DNA of 64,000 bases from assembly GCA_963575745.1 (NCBI GenBank), contig CAUYUJ010000015.1:124001-188000 (forward strand), given 5' to 3'. Origin of the DNA: Prorocentrum cordatum (taxonomy: Eukaryota). The stretch's first letter is position 1. Every line of letters starts with the position of its first letter. Both the position numbers and the translations under genes were made by a program. Shown piece by piece: positions 62,312-64,000 of the stretch. The notes beneath the pieces were generated by a model. The model was not told where the DNA came from. It saw only the letters and a program-made list of their open reading frames with translations, and searched no databases.

Positions 62312-63052
62312 CCACAATTGCTCAATATGAGAATACTCTCCCTCTTCCCCTGATGGCGTCCGGGTGATGGCCGCGCACTCTCCGCGTACTGTTTTTGTAC
62401 ACACAGGATTCCCGGGAAATCCCGGGAAACGACTCTCGCTGAGGCGCCGGCGTCATTGTTTCCCAAAATGCTGCTCTCGTTGAGGCGCCGGCCTCATTTC
62501 TGCTCCCGAATCGTCCCGAATCGTGCTCCCGCTGCAGCGTGGGCCTCATTTTCGGATCGGTGTTTGGCCTCCGTCGTTCAGGATGGCGTTCTCGCCCCAG
62601 CGCGGGCCTTTTTCTCGCGCGCCCATCCGCCCGCCACCACCGCGCCGCACCGCCACCACCACCACCACCACCACCACCACCACCACCACCACCACAACCA
62701 CCACCAGCACCAGCACCAGTACCACACCACCACCACCAGCACCACCACCACCACACCACCACCACCACACCACACCACACCACCACCACCACCACTACCA
62801 CCACCACCACCACCACCACCACCACCACCACCACCACCACCACCACACCACCACCACCACCACCACCACCACGACAACCACGCACACACGCACGCACGCA
62901 CGCACGTGCACCACCACCCACTACGCACGCGCGCGCGGAGCCACAGGTCCGCTACGACACGCGTCCGCGGATAGAGAAAATCAGCGCCATGGTAAGGGAT
63001 GGGAGGGAGGGGTAGGACGTCAGATATGACGCGAGCGCACCTAGCTTGTCCT
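62312..63052 (-). repeat. Dispersed repeat family (copy 2, inverted relative to 2281-3405) with internal (CAC)n
   Basis: See 2281-3405. Confidence 0.8.
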
Positions 63053-63090
63053 CCTCCTCCTCCTCCTCCTCCTCCTCCTCCTCCTCCTCC

Positions 63091-64000
63091 CTTGGACCCC
63101 CTCTTCCACGCTCTCGAGCGAGGGCTGCCTTGTGAGTGACCCTTTGTCCCTTTTGAAGGTGGAGGGTCTTCGTTTCTCGGAGCTCTGGGGCTCTGGCAGC
63201 GGCGCTGCCCCCGACGGCGTCTTCGCGGACCATCTCCCCCGTCTGTCTGCCGGGACATCTCTAAATCGTATAAGGAATCCTCGGCTGTCTCCCTTGACGG
63301 CTTTCATTGTAGGCATTTTTCTTTGCTCTCGGACGCCGCTCTCAATTGCCTGAGTGCCAGTTTCTCCGTCATGGAGGCGGTGGGCTGCCTTCCCCCTCAG
63401 ATTTCGGTTGTTCTTCTGGCACTTTTGCCTAAACCGACTGGAGGTTACAGGCCGATTGGGGTGTTCTGTTCCTGGTTTAGAGTCTGGGGCCGCTGTCGGC
63501 GCCCCCTGGCCCTGGACTGGGAACAACAATACCCCAGAAGGTACTGGGCTGCCGGTCAGTTTCGGGGCGCGGCCGATGTGGTTTGGAGGCAGGCCGTCAC
63601 GGCGGAAGGATGCATTGCGAAGGGCAAAGCTTCTCTTAGTGTGTTGTTCGACCTTCGCAAGTTTTATGAGAACATCTCGTTGCAGGAGTTGGAGGTGCGA
63701 TGCAAGAAACACGATTTTCCTTTTGCTGTGGCCCGTCTTTGTATTTATGCCTATCGATGTGGTAGATTTCTCTGTCTTGGGGGGTGGCTCGAGGGGCCCT
63801 ATTTCTGTCTCAACGGCGTCAACGCAGGGTGCTCGATGGCGACCTCCTTCATCAGAGTGTTTTGCCAGGACGGGTGCGATTCCTTATCCCCCCTTGAAAA
63901 CTTCGATTTGGATGTGTATATTGACGACCAGGGCCTCTCCGTTACCGACACCCCTTCCAAGGTCGTGAAAACTGTCGTCCGCGGGGCCATGGAGCTCCAT
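63091..64000 (+). mobile_element. 5'-truncated non-LTR (LINE) retrotransposon RT, continuing beyond the window
   Basis: Frame from 63245 is open to the window end (absent from the ORF track): SLDGFH, LLPKPTGGYRPIG, FDLRKFYENI, GVNAGCSMAT, VYIDDQ. Probable frameshift ~63245. Confidence 0.92.

Overview
GC-rich, repeat-saturated eukaryotic DNA. AG|G acceptors, GC/GA donors, long microsatellites and the transposon families present suggest a dinoflagellate nucleus (inference). Most of the ORF track is low-complexity noise. Supported content: (1) a near-complete tyrosine-recombinase retrotransposon (6448-14082; gag-like, broken RT/RNaseH, open YR) with split direct repeats A1..B1-A2..B2, apparently integrated through a TTGTG core into a TG microsatellite; (2) an ~18.8 kb segment bounded by ~88 bp inverted repeats (18903-37727) holding a decayed intron-containing hAT-like transposase, a decayed C5 DNA methyltransferase, a second gene ending in an MTase-like SAM motif and an acidic-repeat ORF, which is a candidate giant methyltransferase-carrying DNA transposon and the most interesting object here; (3) a CACTA/Plavaka-like transposase relic (~40.3-42.3 kb); (4) a Penelope-like element (49063-55825) with 487 bp direct repeats, an N-terminal GIY-YIG, an in-frame TGA and extra downstream ORFs; (5) host exons, including a Mind-bomb SH3-like exon and a selenoprotein M gene (CSG-TGA, C-terminal ADEL); (6) a 5'-truncated LINE RT running off the right end. 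All protein assignments are by-eye motif recognition; no searches were run.
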